Shown here: positions 10,337 through 20,580 of the stretch, piece by piece
How positions within the stretch are numbered: position 1 is the stretch's first letter
Layout: every line of letters begins with the position of its first letter
NCBI RefSeq assembly: GCF_000014785.1
Contig: NC_008340.1
Coordinates: 1,650,001 to 1,682,000 of the forward strand
DNA from: Alkalilimnicola ehrlichii MLHE-1
Lineage (GTDB): Bacteria; Pseudomonadota; Gammaproteobacteria; Nitrococcales; Halorhodospiraceae
Reading direction: 5' to 3'
Length of the DNA stretch: 32,000 nucleotides
The notes under the pieces: generated by a model
Told to the model about the DNA's origin: nothing
The model's input: the letters and a program-made list of their open reading frames with translations, nothing else
The model's database searches: none
Translations under genes and position numbers: made by a program

Positions 10337-13081
10337 ATGAGCGATTCATTCAACGCCCGCGGCACTCTGGAAGTCGGAGGGAGATCCTACGAGATCTTCC
10401 ACTTCGACGGCCTGAGAAAGCACTTTGATATTGATCGCCTCCCCTATTCCTTGAAGGTTCTGATGGAGAACCTGTTGCGCAAGGAAGATGGAGTCAACGT
10501 CACCCGAGAACACATCGAGGCCCTGGCCAACTGGGACCCGAAGAGCAAACCCAAGGACCAGATCGGCTTCACCCCGGCCCGCGTCGTCCTTCAGGACTTC
10601 ACCGGCGTGCCGGCGGTGGTGGACTTGGCCGCTATGCGCGATGCCATGAAGTCCATGGGGCGCGATCCCAACCTGATCAATCCGCTGTCCCCGGTGGACC
10701 TGGTCATTGATCACTCCGTGATGGTGGACCACTTCGGCAGCCCCGAAGCGCTGGGGCTCAACACCAAGATCGAGTTTCAGCGCAACGGCGAGCGCTACGA
10801 GTTTCTGCGCTGGGGCCAGAAGGCCTTTTCCAACTTCCGGGTGGTGCCCCCGGGTACCGGCATCGTTCACCAGGTCAACTTGGAGTACCTGGGCCAGGTG
10901 GTCTTCACCCGCGAGGAGGACGGCGTCCTGCGCGCCTATCCGGACACCCTGGTCGGCACCGATTCCCACACCACCATGATCAATGGCCTGGGCGTACTGG
11001 GCTGGGGCGTGGGCGGCATCGAGGCCGAGGCGGCCATGCTCGGGCAGCCCATCTCCATGCTCATCCCCGAGGTGGTGGGCGTGCGCCTGACCGGCAAGCT
11101 GGCCGAGGGGGCCACTGCCACCGACCTGGTGCTTACCGTCACCGAGATGCTGCGTAAGCACGGGGTTGTGGGCAAGTTCGTGGAATTCTTCGGCGACGGC
11201 TTGGACCACCTGCCGCTGGCCGACCGGGCCACTATCGGCAACATGGCGCCCGAGTACGGGGCCACCTGCGGCATCTTCCCCATCGACCGGGAGACCCTCA
11301 ACTACCTGGAGCTCTCCGGCCGGGACGCCGAACAGATCGAGCTGGTGGAGGCCTACGCCAAGCGGGTGGGCCTGTGGCGTGAGACCGGAGCCCGCGAGGC
11401 GGAGTACTCCGCGGTGCTGGATCTGGATCTCAGCTCCGTCGTACCCAGCATCGCCGGCCCCAAGCGCCCGCAGGACCGCATCCCGCTGGACCGGGCCAAG
11501 GTGGCCTTCCTCGACACCCTCGACCAGTACCTGGAGCAGCACCACTCGGCGCCTGCCAACAAGGACGAGGAGCGCTTCGAGGGTGAAGGCGGCCACGCTG
11601 CACCGGGGGTGGACGACGCCCACGAGAAGGGCGCGGTCGAGTACGAGATGGATGGCGAGAAGCACCTCCTGAAGCACGGCTCGGTGGTCATTGCCGCTAT
11701 CACCTCCTGCACCAACACCTCCAACCCGGCGGTACTGCTGGCGGCGGGGCTGGTGGCCAAGAAGGCCGCCGAAAAAGGCCTGAAGCCCAAGCCCTGGGTG
11801 AAGACCAGTCTGGCGCCCGGCTCCCAGGTGGTGCCCGCCTACCTGGAGCGGGCCGGTCTGCTCAAGCCGCTGGAGGCCCTGGGCTTCCATGTGGTCGGCT
11901 TTGGCTGCACCACCTGTATCGGCAACGCCGGTCCGCTGCCCGAGCCGATCCAGAACGCCGTCCGCGAGGGTGACCTGTGCGTCTCCTCGGTGCTCTCCGG
12001 CAACCGTAACTTCGAGGGTCGCATCCACGGCGATGTGCGCACCAACTACCTGGCCTCGCCGCCGCTGGTGGTGGCCTATGCCCTGGCCGGCAACATGGCG
12101 GTGGATCTTTACAAGGAGCCGCTGGGCCATGACCAGGACGGCAACCCCGTCTATCTCAAGGACGTCTGGCCGTCCCAGCAGGAAGTGGCCGAACTGGCCC
12201 AGAAGCACATCACCTCGCAGATATACCGCGACAAGTACGCCGATGTCTTCAAGGGTGATGAAACCTGGCAGGCCATCAAGGTGACCGGTGGTGAGCTGTA
12301 CGACTGGCAGCCCTCCACCTACGTCAAGAACCCGCCCTACTTCGAGGGCATGGCCGCCGAGGCCCAGGGTTCGGCGGCGATCGAGGATGCCCGCTGCCTG
12401 GTCTACGTGGGCGATTCCATCACCACTGACCACATCTCACCCGCCGGCGCCATCCACCCGGAGAGCCCCGCGGGCCACTACCTGCGAGAGCAGGGCGTGG
12501 AGCCGAAGGACTTCAACTCCTATGGCTCCCGCCGGGGCAATCACGAGATCATGATGCGTGGCACCTTCGCCAACGTGCGCCTGCGCAACAAGATGGCCCC
12601 CGGGACCGAAGGAGGGTGGACCACCCATGTGCCCAGCGGCGAGCAGATGTTCATCTACGATGCCGCCATGAAGTACAGGCAGGAGGGGACCCCGCTGGTG
12701 GTCCTGGCCGGCAAGGAATACGGCACCGGCTCCTCCCGTGACTGGGCGGCCAAGGGCACCAATCTGCTGGGTATCCGCGCGGTTATCGCGGAAAGCTTCG
12801 AGCGTATCCACCGCTCCAACCTGGTGGGCTTCGGCGTCCTGCCGCTACAGTTCAAGGAGGGCGACAGCGCCGAGGGCCTGGGTCTGACCGGCCAGGAGGC
12901 CTTCTCCATCAGCTCCCTGGAGGGCGACCCGGAGACTGTGGAGGTGAAGGCCGAGGGGGCGAACGGAACCACCACCTTCGAGGCGTTGGTTCGCATCGAC
13001 ACCCCGAAGGAGTGGGACTACTTCCGCAACGGCGGCATCCTGCATTACGTTCTGCGGCAGCTGGCCGCCAAGGCGGCTTGA
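10337..13081 (+). CDS. acnA: Aconitate hydratase A
   Basis: [26 protein letters not shown]..., [41 protein letters not shown] precedes the ATG at 10337. Confidence 0.96.
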   Translation: MSDSFNARGTLEVGGRSYEIFHFDGLRKHFDIDRLPYSLKVLMENLLRKEDGVNVTREHIEALANWDPKSKPKDQIGFTPARVVLQDFTGVPAVVDLAAMRDAMKSMGRDPNLINPLSPVDLVIDHSVMVDHFGSPEALGLNTKIEFQRNGERYEFLRWGQKAFSNFRVVPPGTGIVHQVNLEYLGQVVFTREEDGVLRAYPDTLVGTDSHTTMINGLGVLGWGVGGIEAEAAMLGQPISMLIPEVVGVRLTGKLAEGATATDLVLTVTEMLRKHGVVGKFVEFFGDGLDHLPLADRATIGNMAPEYGATCGIFPIDRETLNYLELSGRDAEQIELVEAYAKRVGLWRETGAREAEYSAVLDLDLSSVVPSIAGPKRPQDRIPLDRAKVAFLDTLDQYLEQHHSAPANKDEERFEGEGGHAAPGVDDAHEKGAVEYEMDGEKHLLKHGSVVIAAITSCTNTSNPAVLLAAGLVAKKAAEKGLKPKPWVKTSLAPGSQVVPAYLERAGLLKPLEALGFHVVGFGCTTCIGNAGPLPEPIQNAVREGDLCVSSVLSGNRNFEGRIHGDVRTNYLASPPLVVAYALAGNMAVDLYKEPLGHDQDGNPVYLKDVWPSQQEVAELAQKHITSQIYRDKYADVFKGDETWQAIKVTGGELYDWQPSTYVKNPPYFEGMAAEAQGSAAIEDARCLVYVGDSITTDHISPAGAIHPESPAGHYLREQGVEPKDFNSYGSRRGNHEIMMRGTFANVRLRNKMAPGTEGGWTTHVPSGEQMFIYDAAMKYRQEGTPLVVLAGKEYGTGSSRDWAAKGTNLLGIRAVIAESFERIHRSNLVGFGVLPLQFKEGDSAEGLGLTGQEAFSISSLEGDPETVEVKAEGANGTTTFEALVRIDTPKEWDYFRNGGILHYVLRQLAAKAA

Positions 13082-13147
13082 CCGCCCCCTGCATGGCGGG
13101 CCCTCTCCGGCCCGTCCCGCCTGACCGCCCATAAGGTGTGTCAACAC

Positions 13148-13172
13148 AGGGGCCCTTCGGGGCCCCTTTTTT
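13148..13172 (+). terminator. Intrinsic terminator downstream of acnA
   Basis: AGGGGCCC-TTCG-GGGCCCCT followed by TTTTT. Confidence 0.9.
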
Positions 13173-13217
13173 CCACGCTCCCCTCAACCCGGCGGCCTGC
13201 CGGCCGATAGTGGGGGT

Positions 13218-14192
13218 ATGAATACCCGTTCTCCGATCCGTTCCCTGGTTTGCGCTGCACTGCTGGTGGCACCCCTCGCCGTGCCGGCCACGGCCCGGGC
13301 GGGGAGCGACTACCTGGCGACCCCCCACCAATCCCGCTGGAATGCGGTCTCCGCGACCCATGGCTGCCATCTGGTCCACCGGATCCCGCGTTTCGCCACC
13401 GTGCTGGTCAGCCAGTCAGCGGAACAGCGGCTGGTGCTCAGTCTCTACTTGGAGCGCCCCCTGACCGAGTCCCGCACCGCTGAACTGGCCGTCCGCAACC
13501 CCGCCTGGCGGGATGACTACGAGGAGACCCTGGCCACGGTGGAACTGCAACCGGGGCGGCGGGCCATCACCTTGGGGCATTACGACACCCAGCACCTGTT
13601 GACCCGATTGGAGCAGGGCCGGCAGCCGGCGCTGACCCTGGTCGGCTGGTACTCCGAAGACCCGGTGCGCGTCGGCCTCTCCCCGGTGGCCTTCCGGAAC
13701 GCCTATGAGGATTTCCTGGCCTGTACCGCGCACCGGGACGGGGACGCCGCCATGGCAACCGGAGACGCCGCGGGGCCCCTGCCGGACTGGGCCCGCCAGG
13801 GCCATGAGACCGCCGGCACCGGCGCCCCGGACGACGACACCGTGCCACTGCCTGCCGCACCAGGGGCCACCGTCTACTTCGGTTTCGATCACGCCGGCCT
13901 GACCCGCACCGCGAAGGACGCCCTGGCGCGGTTCGCCAACCAGGCCGGCGATGATCCGCACCTGCAGGTCATCGTGGCCGTGGGCCATACGGACAGCGCC
14001 GGCCCAGCCGATTACAATGAGCGCCTGGGTGCCCGCCGGGCGGAGGCGGTCCGAGCGGAGCTGATGCGCCGGGGGATAGCGGATGAGCGCATCCGGTTGC
14101 GCAGTCTGGGTGAGCGCCAGCCGGCCATGGCCGAGGACGATGGCTACGGCCGGGCCGCCAACCGACGGGTGGAGGTCAGAGCCGAGTACTGA
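13218..14192 (+). CDS. MotY-like / OmpA C-terminal domain protein, secreted
   Basis: Signal peptide (LVCAALLVAPLAVPATARA), MotY-like N-terminal segment (SRWNAVSATHGCHLVHRIPRFA), C-terminal OmpA peptidoglycan-binding motif (VAVGHTDSAGPADYNERLGARRAEAVRAELMRRGI...GYGRAANRRVEV). Confidence 0.75.
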   Translation: MNTRSPIRSLVCAALLVAPLAVPATARAGSDYLATPHQSRWNAVSATHGCHLVHRIPRFATVLVSQSAEQRLVLSLYLERPLTESRTAELAVRNPAWRDDYEETLATVELQPGRRAITLGHYDTQHLLTRLEQGRQPALTLVGWYSEDPVRVGLSPVAFRNAYEDFLACTAHRDGDAAMATGDAAGPLPDWARQGHETAGTGAPDDDTVPLPAAPGATVYFGFDHAGLTRTAKDALARFANQAGDDPHLQVIVAVGHTDSAGPADYNERLGARRAEAVRAELMRRGIADERIRLRSLGERQPAMAEDDGYGRAANRRVEVRAEY

Positions 14193-14209
14193 ATCTGCAA
14201 GGAGCCGCC

Positions 14210-14635
14210 ATGCCGCGCATCCACATCGACTTGCCCGATACCTTCGTCTACTCGACCGAGATCTCGGTGCGGATCACCGACATCAACTACGGCGGTCACC
14301 TGGGTAACGACAGTCTGGTCTCGCTGCTGCATGAGGCACGGGCCCGGTTTCTCCAGCAGCACGGATTCAGCGAGCTGTCGGTAGGCGGCGCGGGGATCAT
14401 CGTGGCGGATGCCGCCGTGGTCTACCAGGCGGAGGCCTTTTTTGGCGACCGCCTGCGGGTGGAGATCGGCGGGCAGGACTTCTCCCGGGTGGGCGGCGAC
14501 CTGGTCTACCGGGTCAGCAACGTGGAGGGCGGCCGGGAGGTGGCCCGCGCCAAAACCGGCATCGTCTTCTTCGACTACGGAAAGCGCAAGGTCCGCGGGG
14601 CACCGCCCGAGTTCCGGGCGCTTTTCGAGGCCTGA
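14210..14635 (+). CDS. Acyl-CoA thioesterase, hotdog fold (4HBT-like)
   Basis: VRITDINYGGHLGNDSLVSLLHEARARFLQQHGFSE, typical hotdog thioesterase signature. Confidence 0.8.
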   Translation: MPRIHIDLPDTFVYSTEISVRITDINYGGHLGNDSLVSLLHEARARFLQQHGFSELSVGGAGIIVADAAVVYQAEAFFGDRLRVEIGGQDFSRVGGDLVYRVSNVEGGREVARAKTGIVFFDYGKRKVRGAPPEFRALFEA

Positions 14636-14656
14636 TCCGCCGCCGCCCGGGGGCAG

Positions 14657-15448
14657 TCAATCGGGCTTGGACTCGTCCGCCTTAACCGCCTGCCAGTGGG
14701 CCTCCAGGCGATCCAGCCCGACGCTAGCCGGGTCCTCGGTATCGTGTCCCAGGGCCTCCTCCAGGCTGCGAAACCGGCGCTCGAACTTATCACCGGCCTT
14801 CTGCACCGCCGTCTCCGGGTCCACCTTCAGGTGGCGGGCCAGGTTGACGGTCGCGAACAGCAGATCACCCAGTTCCTCCTCAAAGCGCTCGGGCCCCGCG
14901 CCCTGCGCCATCTCCTCTGCCAGTTCGTCGGCCTCCTCCCGCACTTTGGCCAACGGCCCGGCCGGGTCGTCCCAGTCAAAGCCCAAACGCGCGGCGCGCG
15001 ACTGCAGCTTGCGGGCCCGTACCAGCCCGGGCAGGCCGGAGGTGATGCCGTCCATTACGCTCTGGTGCTCCGGCTCCCCCTTTTCGGCCCGCTCCTCGGC
15101 CTTGATCGCCTCCCAGGACCGGCGCACCGCCTCCGGATCGTCCGCCCGATCTTCCCCGAAGACGTGGGGGTGGCGGCGCACCAGCTTGTCGCTGATGCTG
15201 CGGGCCACATCCTCGAAGGTGAAAAAGCCCTCTTCCTCCGCCATGCGGGCGTGAAACACCACCTGCAGCAACAGGTCGCCCAGTTCATCCTGCAGATCGG
15301 CCATGTCCCCGCGGCGGATGGCCTCCGCCACTTCATAGGCCTCCTCCAGCGTGTAGGGGGCGATGGAGGCAAAGTCCTGGGCCAGATCCCAGGGACAGCC
15401 GCGCTCCGGATCGCGTAACGCGGCCATGATGGCCAGCAGACGGTTCAT
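14657..15448 (-). CDS. mazG: Nucleoside triphosphate pyrophosphohydrolase MazG
   Basis: MNRLLAIMAALRDPERGCPWDLAQDFASIAPYTLEEAYEVAEAI...DLQDELGDLLLQVVFHARMAEE. Start reset from 15535 to the ATG at 15448. Confidence 0.95.
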   Translation of the reverse strand: MNRLLAIMAALRDPERGCPWDLAQDFASIAPYTLEEAYEVAEAIRRGDMADLQDELGDLLLQVVFHARMAEEEGFFTFEDVARSISDKLVRRHPHVFGEDRADDPEAVRRSWEAIKAEERAEKGEPEHQSVMDGITSGLPGLVRARKLQSRAARLGFDWDDPAGPLAKVREEADELAEEMAQGAGPERFEEELGDLLFATVNLARHLKVDPETAVQKAGDKFERRFRSLEEALGHDTEDPASVGLDRLEAHWQAVKADESKPD

Positions 15449-15623
15449 CGGTTCCAACGTGTTACCTCCCGTGAGGGTGGCGCGGGACTGCTGCGACATG
15501 GCCAAGGGACGCGCCCCCTTTCCGTGCTGCAGCATTGACAGGCTGCTGCGCCCCCCCTAGCTTCCAAGTAAAGAACAATTTACAGGTGACTCACGTGTCA
15601 GGCCGCCGCCAGGAGATCCGATA

Positions 15624-16253
15624 ATGAATCAACGTATAGGCCCTGTCACCGCCCGTGGGCAGAAGACCCGCCAGGCACTGTTGGATGCCGCCTGCGAGGA
15701 GTTCGGCACCAAGGGATTCTACAACGCCTCCATCAGCAGCATCACCCGCCGGGCCGGGGTGGCCCAAGGCACCTTTTATCTCTATTACCGCTCCAAGGAA
15801 GAGATCCTCCGCGCCCTGGTCGAGCACATGAACCGCAGCATGCGCCGCACCCAGAGTGAGGCGGTGCAAGACGCCAGCGACCGAATCAGCGCGGAGATCC
15901 AGGGCTTCCGCCACTTCATGCGGTTTGCCCTGCGCCACCGTTCGCTCTACCGGGTGGTGATGGAGTCCCAGTTCGTCGACCCGCGCATCCACCGCGATTA
16001 TTACCAGACGTTGGCCGAGCGTTATGCCAGGCACCTGGCGAAGGCCCAGGCCAACGGCGAGATTCGGGAGGGAGATCCGGGCACGCAGGCCTGGGCGCTC
16101 ATCGGCATCGCCTACTTCATGGGATTGCGCTTTCCGGTCTGGGAGGAGCGCGAGCCACCCGATGAGGTCATGGACACCCTGGAGGATTTCATCACCGCCG
16201 CCCTGCGCCCCGACCCCGCGGCCCCCTCCGCGGAGGAGCGGCCGCCGGGGTGA
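15624..16253 (+). CDS. TetR/AcrR-family transcriptional regulator
   Basis: KTRQALLDAACEEFGTKGFYNASISSITRRAGVAQGTFYLYYRSKEEILRALV HTH; RBS AGGAG upstream. Confidence 0.92.
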   Translation: MNQRIGPVTARGQKTRQALLDAACEEFGTKGFYNASISSITRRAGVAQGTFYLYYRSKEEILRALVEHMNRSMRRTQSEAVQDASDRISAEIQGFRHFMRFALRHRSLYRVVMESQFVDPRIHRDYYQTLAERYARHLAKAQANGEIREGDPGTQAWALIGIAYFMGLRFPVWEEREPPDEVMDTLEDFITAALRPDPAAPSAEERPPG

Positions 16254-16288
16254 CAACGGCCCCTGAGCCGGCCCAGGCCGGGCCAGGC

Positions 16289-16975
16289 TCAGGGGGCGTC
16301 GCGCTTGAAGAGATGATAACGCGCCTCGTCATCCAGCTCCTCCGGGGCCCGGCGCCTGTCCTGCAGCACAGCCATGCCCCGTTGCACCGCCAGACGCCCA
16401 TCCAGACGTGCCTTCCAGGCTGACAGGGCCGGGTAGTCCGCCACCGCCAGCCCCTGGGAGGCGTGGCTGCAGACCCAGGGGTAGATGGCGATATCCGCAA
16501 CGCTGTACTCAGCACTCATCCAGTCGCGCCCGGCCAGGTGACGGTCCAGCACCCGGTAGAGCCGCTGCGCCTCCCGGGTATAGCGCTGCACCGCGTAGTC
16601 GATCCGCTCCGGGGCATACTGCCGGAAGTGGTGGGCCTGGCCCAGCATGGGGCCCAGGCTGCCCATCTGGAACATCAACCACTGCAGGGTCTCCCAACGT
16701 GCCCGTGGCGCGGCGGGGATCAGCGCCCCCGCCTTCTCGGCCAGGTAGAGGAGGATGGCGCCGGACTCGAACAGGCGCAGCGGCTCGCCGTCGGGGCCGT
16801 CGGGGTCCTCGATGGCGGGGATCTTATTGTTGGGGCTGACCTGGAGGAACGCCTTCTCGAACTGCGCCCCGGCGGTGATATCCACGGGGATCACGCGGTA
16901 CGGCAGACCCAATTCCTCCAGGGCGATATGCACCTTCTGCCCGTTCGGGGTGGGCCAGGTATAGAGATCGATCAT
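16289..16975 (-). CDS. Glutathione S-transferase family protein (YfcG/Nu-class-like)
   Basis: MIDLYTWPTPNGQKVHIALEELGLPYRVIPVDI...QVSPNNKIPAIEDPDG...LFESGAILLYLAE. Confidence 0.9.
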   Translation of the reverse strand: MIDLYTWPTPNGQKVHIALEELGLPYRVIPVDITAGAQFEKAFLQVSPNNKIPAIEDPDGPDGEPLRLFESGAILLYLAEKAGALIPAAPRARWETLQWLMFQMGSLGPMLGQAHHFRQYAPERIDYAVQRYTREAQRLYRVLDRHLAGRDWMSAEYSVADIAIYPWVCSHASQGLAVADYPALSAWKARLDGRLAVQRGMAVLQDRRRAPEELDDEARYHLFKRDAP

Positions 16976-17020
16976 GGGGACACCTTTCGTCTTGTTTCGT
17001 CTTGCGCGGCAGCGACGGGC

Positions 17021-17428
17021 TCAGGGGGTTGCCGGGCGCTCCGCCCCGTCGTTCAGCCAGGGCCGATAGAGGGCCCGGAGCAGTGGCGCCGGGTCCGGGG
17101 CCCGGGGGTCGGCCGCGGCCGCTTCACTGAGCGCTTCCGCCGAGAGCCGGGCGTGGACCAACCCGAGGTTGTGGCGGGCACGATAGTGCCCCGGATCAGC
17201 CACCAGCGCCTGCCGGTAGGCGGCCGCCGCACCGGGCCAGTCCCCCCGGTTGACCCGATGATTACCCAGCCGATACCAGAACGGCGCCTCGTCGGCGGCC
17301 TCTGGAACGGCGCCCGCTGGTCCGTCCAGTGGTGCCGGCGCCGGGGCCATTGTCGTGCACCCGGCCAGCAACCAGCCCAGGGACAACAGGCAGAGCACGC
17401 TGCGCGCACGGCGCTGATGCTTTATCAT
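17021..17428 (-). CDS. TPR-containing lipoprotein
   Basis: Lipobox in [24 protein letters not shown]; TPR-like [44 protein letters not shown]. Start reset from 17836 to the ATG at 17428. Confidence 0.75.
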   Translation of the reverse strand: MIKHQRRARSVLCLLSLGWLLAGCTTMAPAPAPLDGPAGAVPEAADEAPFWYRLGNHRVNRGDWPGAAAAYRQALVADPGHYRARHNLGLVHARLSAEALSEAAAADPRAPDPAPLLRALYRPWLNDGAERPATP

Positions 17429-17468
17429 CGGGATCCCCGCTATTTTTGCAGACCGCAACCAGAACACT

Positions 17469-18716
17469 ATGCCTGAGACCAGCAGCCAGCACCCGAGACG
17501 CCGCAGCGTGCCCGTGCCCGTAGGCCCGGTCACCATTGGCGGCAACCACCCCATCGTGGTCCAGTCGATGACCAACACCGATACCGCCGATGACATCCGC
17601 ACGGTGGTGCAGGTGGCCGAGCTGGCACGGGCGGGCTCGGAAATTGTCCGGCTCACCGTCAACAACGACGAAGCGGCGGCGGCGGTTCCGCACATCCGCG
17701 AGCGGCTGGATGCCATGGGCCTGGAGGTGCCCCTGGTCGGTGACTTCCACTTTAACGGCCACAAGCTGCTGGCGAAACACCCCGCCTGTGCCGAGGCATT
17801 GGCCAAGTTCCGCATCAACCCCGGCAATGTCGGCAAGGGCCGTCGCCGGGACCCGCAGTTTGCCGAGATGATCGAGTTCGCCTGTCGCTACGACAAGCCG
17901 GTACGCATCGGCGTCAACTGGGGCAGCCTGGACCAGGATCTGCTGGCCGCGATGATGGATGAGAATGCGGCTCTCCCCCGCCCGCTCCCACCGGAGCAGG
18001 TGATGAAGCAGGCGGTGATCGCCTCCGCACTGCAGAGCGCGGAGAAGGCCGAGGCCCTCGGCCTGCCACGGGAGCGGATCGTGCTCTCCTGCAAGATGTC
18101 CGGCGTCCAGGACTTGATCGAGGTCTACCGCGATCTCGCGGCCCGCTGCGACTACGCTCTGCACCTGGGCCTCACCGAGGCCGGTATGGGCTCCAAGGGC
18201 ATTGTCGCCTCCACTGCCGCGCTGGCGGTCCTGCTGCAGGAGGGGATCGGCGACACCATCCGGGTCTCCCTCACCCCGGAGCCGGACCAGCCCCGCACCG
18301 ACGAGGTGGTGGTTGCCCAGCAGATCCTGCAGACCATGGGCCTGCGCGCCTTCACCCCCATGGTCACCGCCTGCCCCGGCTGTGGCCGGACCACCAGCAC
18401 CTACTTCCAGGCGCTGGCCCGCGACATCCAGGCTCACGTCCAGCGGCGTATGCCGGAGTGGCGTCGTACCTATCCGGGGGTCGAGAACCTGACCCTGGCG
18501 GTGATGGGTTGCGTGGTCAACGGTCCGGGCGAGAGCCGGAACGCCGATATCGGCATCAGCCTGCCCGGTACCGGAGAACGGCCCGTGGCCCCGGTCTACG
18601 TGGATGGCGAGAAAACAGTGACCCTGAAGGGCGAGCGTATCGCCGAAGAGTTCCAGGCCATCGTCGAAGACTATATCGAGGACCGCTTCGGGCAGCAGCG
18701 GGCCGGCGACCGCTGA
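17469..18716 (+). CDS. ispG: 4-hydroxy-3-methylbut-2-enyl-diphosphate synthase (flavodoxin/ferredoxin)
   Basis: [63 protein letters not shown]. Confidence 0.97.
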   Translation: MPETSSQHPRRRSVPVPVGPVTIGGNHPIVVQSMTNTDTADDIRTVVQVAELARAGSEIVRLTVNNDEAAAAVPHIRERLDAMGLEVPLVGDFHFNGHKLLAKHPACAEALAKFRINPGNVGKGRRRDPQFAEMIEFACRYDKPVRIGVNWGSLDQDLLAAMMDENAALPRPLPPEQVMKQAVIASALQSAEKAEALGLPRERIVLSCKMSGVQDLIEVYRDLAARCDYALHLGLTEAGMGSKGIVASTAALAVLLQEGIGDTIRVSLTPEPDQPRTDEVVVAQQILQTMGLRAFTPMVTACPGCGRTTSTYFQALARDIQAHVQRRMPEWRRTYPGVENLTLAVMGCVVNGPGESRNADIGISLPGTGERPVAPVYVDGEKTVTLKGERIAEEFQAIVEDYIEDRFGQQRAGDR

Positions 18717-18829
18717 ACGCCGCCCCTACCACGGCAGAACGCCCGGGACCGGGCCGGTCGCCGGGCGTTCCCTGGCTGATGGCCCGCGCTGGTCCGGCAT
18801 TGGGGCGCCGGGCCAGCGGGAAGGGCCGA

Positions 18830-19276
18830 TCAGTAGCTGAAGAAGCGGGTGTCCCCCTCCATGAAGGCGCCCACATCGTCGGGGGTGGCCACGCCCACGC
18901 CGTCGATCAGGTCCTCTTCGGTGAAGTCGGTGTTGGGCAGGAAGATGGCACAGACGTCCACCTGGACACCGGCCTGCATCAGGCCCTGCATGATCTGCTG
19001 GGCGGTGGCGTCGGGACCGGCCAGGGTCGGGCCATCGAAAGCGTTGGTGCCCATCACGCCGCCGTCACAGCAGAGCAGGATGCGGACCTCGGTACCCTGC
19101 TCCACCAGCTGCCGGGTCAGGATCATGGTCATGGCCTGGGCCTGCGGGCGATCGGTGTTCACGGTCACCAGCACCCGGTCGGCCTTCTCGTCCCCGTGGG
19201 AGGCGGCCGGCAGCGCCAGTGGGGCCAGGGCCAGGGCGAAGGTGGCGGCAATCAACAGACGTTTGATGTGTTGCAT
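18830..19276 (-). CDS. DsrE/DsrF-like family protein with predicted signal peptide
   Basis: MQHIKRLLIAATFALALAPLALPAASHG signal; VLVTVNTDRPQAQAMTMILTRQLVEQGTEVRILLCCDGGVM typical of DsrE-like domains. Confidence 0.75.
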   Translation of the reverse strand: MQHIKRLLIAATFALALAPLALPAASHGDEKADRVLVTVNTDRPQAQAMTMILTRQLVEQGTEVRILLCCDGGVMGTNAFDGPTLAGPDATAQQIMQGLMQAGVQVDVCAIFLPNTDFTEEDLIDGVGVATPDDVGAFMEGDTRFFSY

Positions 19277-19377
19277 GGCATGACTCCTTTGGAGTTGCAG
19301 CTGAAGAAAGTTCGAGACCCGGTCAACCTATCACGATTCGGGAATAAATCCGAAGCCCGGTTGTCTGCCGCCGGTCC

Positions 19378-20400
19378 TCAGTGCTCGGGCGCCACCGCCT
19401 TGAGCAGCTCCTCCAGCAGGAGCGGCCCGCGGTAGATGAACCCCGAGTAGATCTGAAGCAGGTCGGCGCCTGCCGCCATGCGGGCCTGGGCATCGGCACC
19501 GCTCATGATGCCGCCGACACCGATCAATGGCACCCGGTGACCGAGCCGCTGTCCCAGCTCCTCGAGCACCGCCTGGGCGCGCGGCCGCAAGGGGGCGCCG
19601 GAGAGCCCGCCCTGCTCCCGGGCCAGCGGGTCATCCTCCACCCCGTCGCGGGACAGGGTGGTATTGGTGGCCGCGACGCCGTCGATGCCGTAACGCAGCA
19701 CCTGTTGGCAGAAGTGGGCCCGCTGGGCCTCATCCATATCCGGCGCGATCTTGACCACCAGGGGCACGTAACGGCCGTACTCCCGGGCCAGCACACCCCG
19801 CAGGTGAGTGAGTCGGCCCAGCAACGCTTCCAGCAACTCGCCCCCCTGCAGGTCGCGCAGCCCGGGGGTGTTTGGCGAGGAGACGTTCACCGCCACGTAA
19901 TCGGCGTAGGGGTAGACCTTCTGTAAACAGCTCAGGTAGTCGTCGGTGGCCCGTTCGGTGGGCGTGTCCTTGTTCTTACCGATATTGACGCCCAAGACCC
20001 CCTGGTAGCGGGTCACCCGCAGGCGCTGGACCAGGGCGTCCACGCCCTGGTTGTTGAAGCCCATGCGGTTGATGATGGCCTCGTGGGCGGGCAGGCGAAA
20101 GAGCCGGGGCTCCGGGTTGCCGGGCTGCGGCCTGGGGGTCACCGTGCCCACCTCAATAAACCCAAAGCCCACGTGCCCCAGGGCCTCCAGGTGCTCACCG
20201 TTTTTGTCCAGCCCCGCGGCCAGACCCACCGGATTGGCGAACGTCAGGCCCATGACCCGGCGCGGCATGTCCGGCAGGCGGTGGCCGCACAGCAGACGCC
20301 CCAACCCCAGCCGGGCCAGCCGGTCCATCCAGGCCAGGGAAAACTCATGGCTGCGCTCGGCATCCATGCGCATCAACAGCGGTCGAATCAGTGAATACAA
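19378..20400 (-). CDS. pyrD: Dihydroorotate dehydrogenase (quinone)
   Basis: YSLIRPLLMRMDAERSHEFSLAWMDRLARLG...NPVGLAAGLDKNGE...NRMGFNNQGVDAL...VNVSSPNTPGLRDLQ. The likely start is TTG at 20400 preceded by a GGGGGA-type RBS, not 20523. Confidence 0.95.
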   Translation of the reverse strand: MYSLIRPLLMRMDAERSHEFSLAWMDRLARLGLGRLLCGHRLPDMPRRVMGLTFANPVGLAAGLDKNGEHLEALGHVGFGFIEVGTVTPRPQPGNPEPRLFRLPAHEAIINRMGFNNQGVDALVQRLRVTRYQGVLGVNIGKNKDTPTERATDDYLSCLQKVYPYADYVAVNVSSPNTPGLRDLQGGELLEALLGRLTHLRGVLAREYGRYVPLVVKIAPDMDEAQRAHFCQQVLRYGIDGVAATNTTLSRDGVEDDPLAREQGGLSGAPLRPRAQAVLEELGQRLGHRVPLIGVGGIMSGADAQARMAAGADLLQIYSGFIYRGPLLLEELLKAVAPEH

Positions 20401-20580
20401 GGTCGATCCCCCCGATCGGCTCATGGGCCGGTGTGGTGACCGGCATCGCAAGGCGCAGATTGTAACGCGACCGGCCCGTGATGGGGCGGCCGGAGGCCCT
20501 GGTGTACGCCTCGACCCACCCACCGCGCTGCATTACACTCCAGAGCCTGTGCAATGGAACCGGTCGGATGAGGGCAGCGC

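Noticed and set aside
10346-12433. 695-aa minus-strand ORF opposite acnA
   Set aside because: Antisense shadow of acnA with no recognisable domains.
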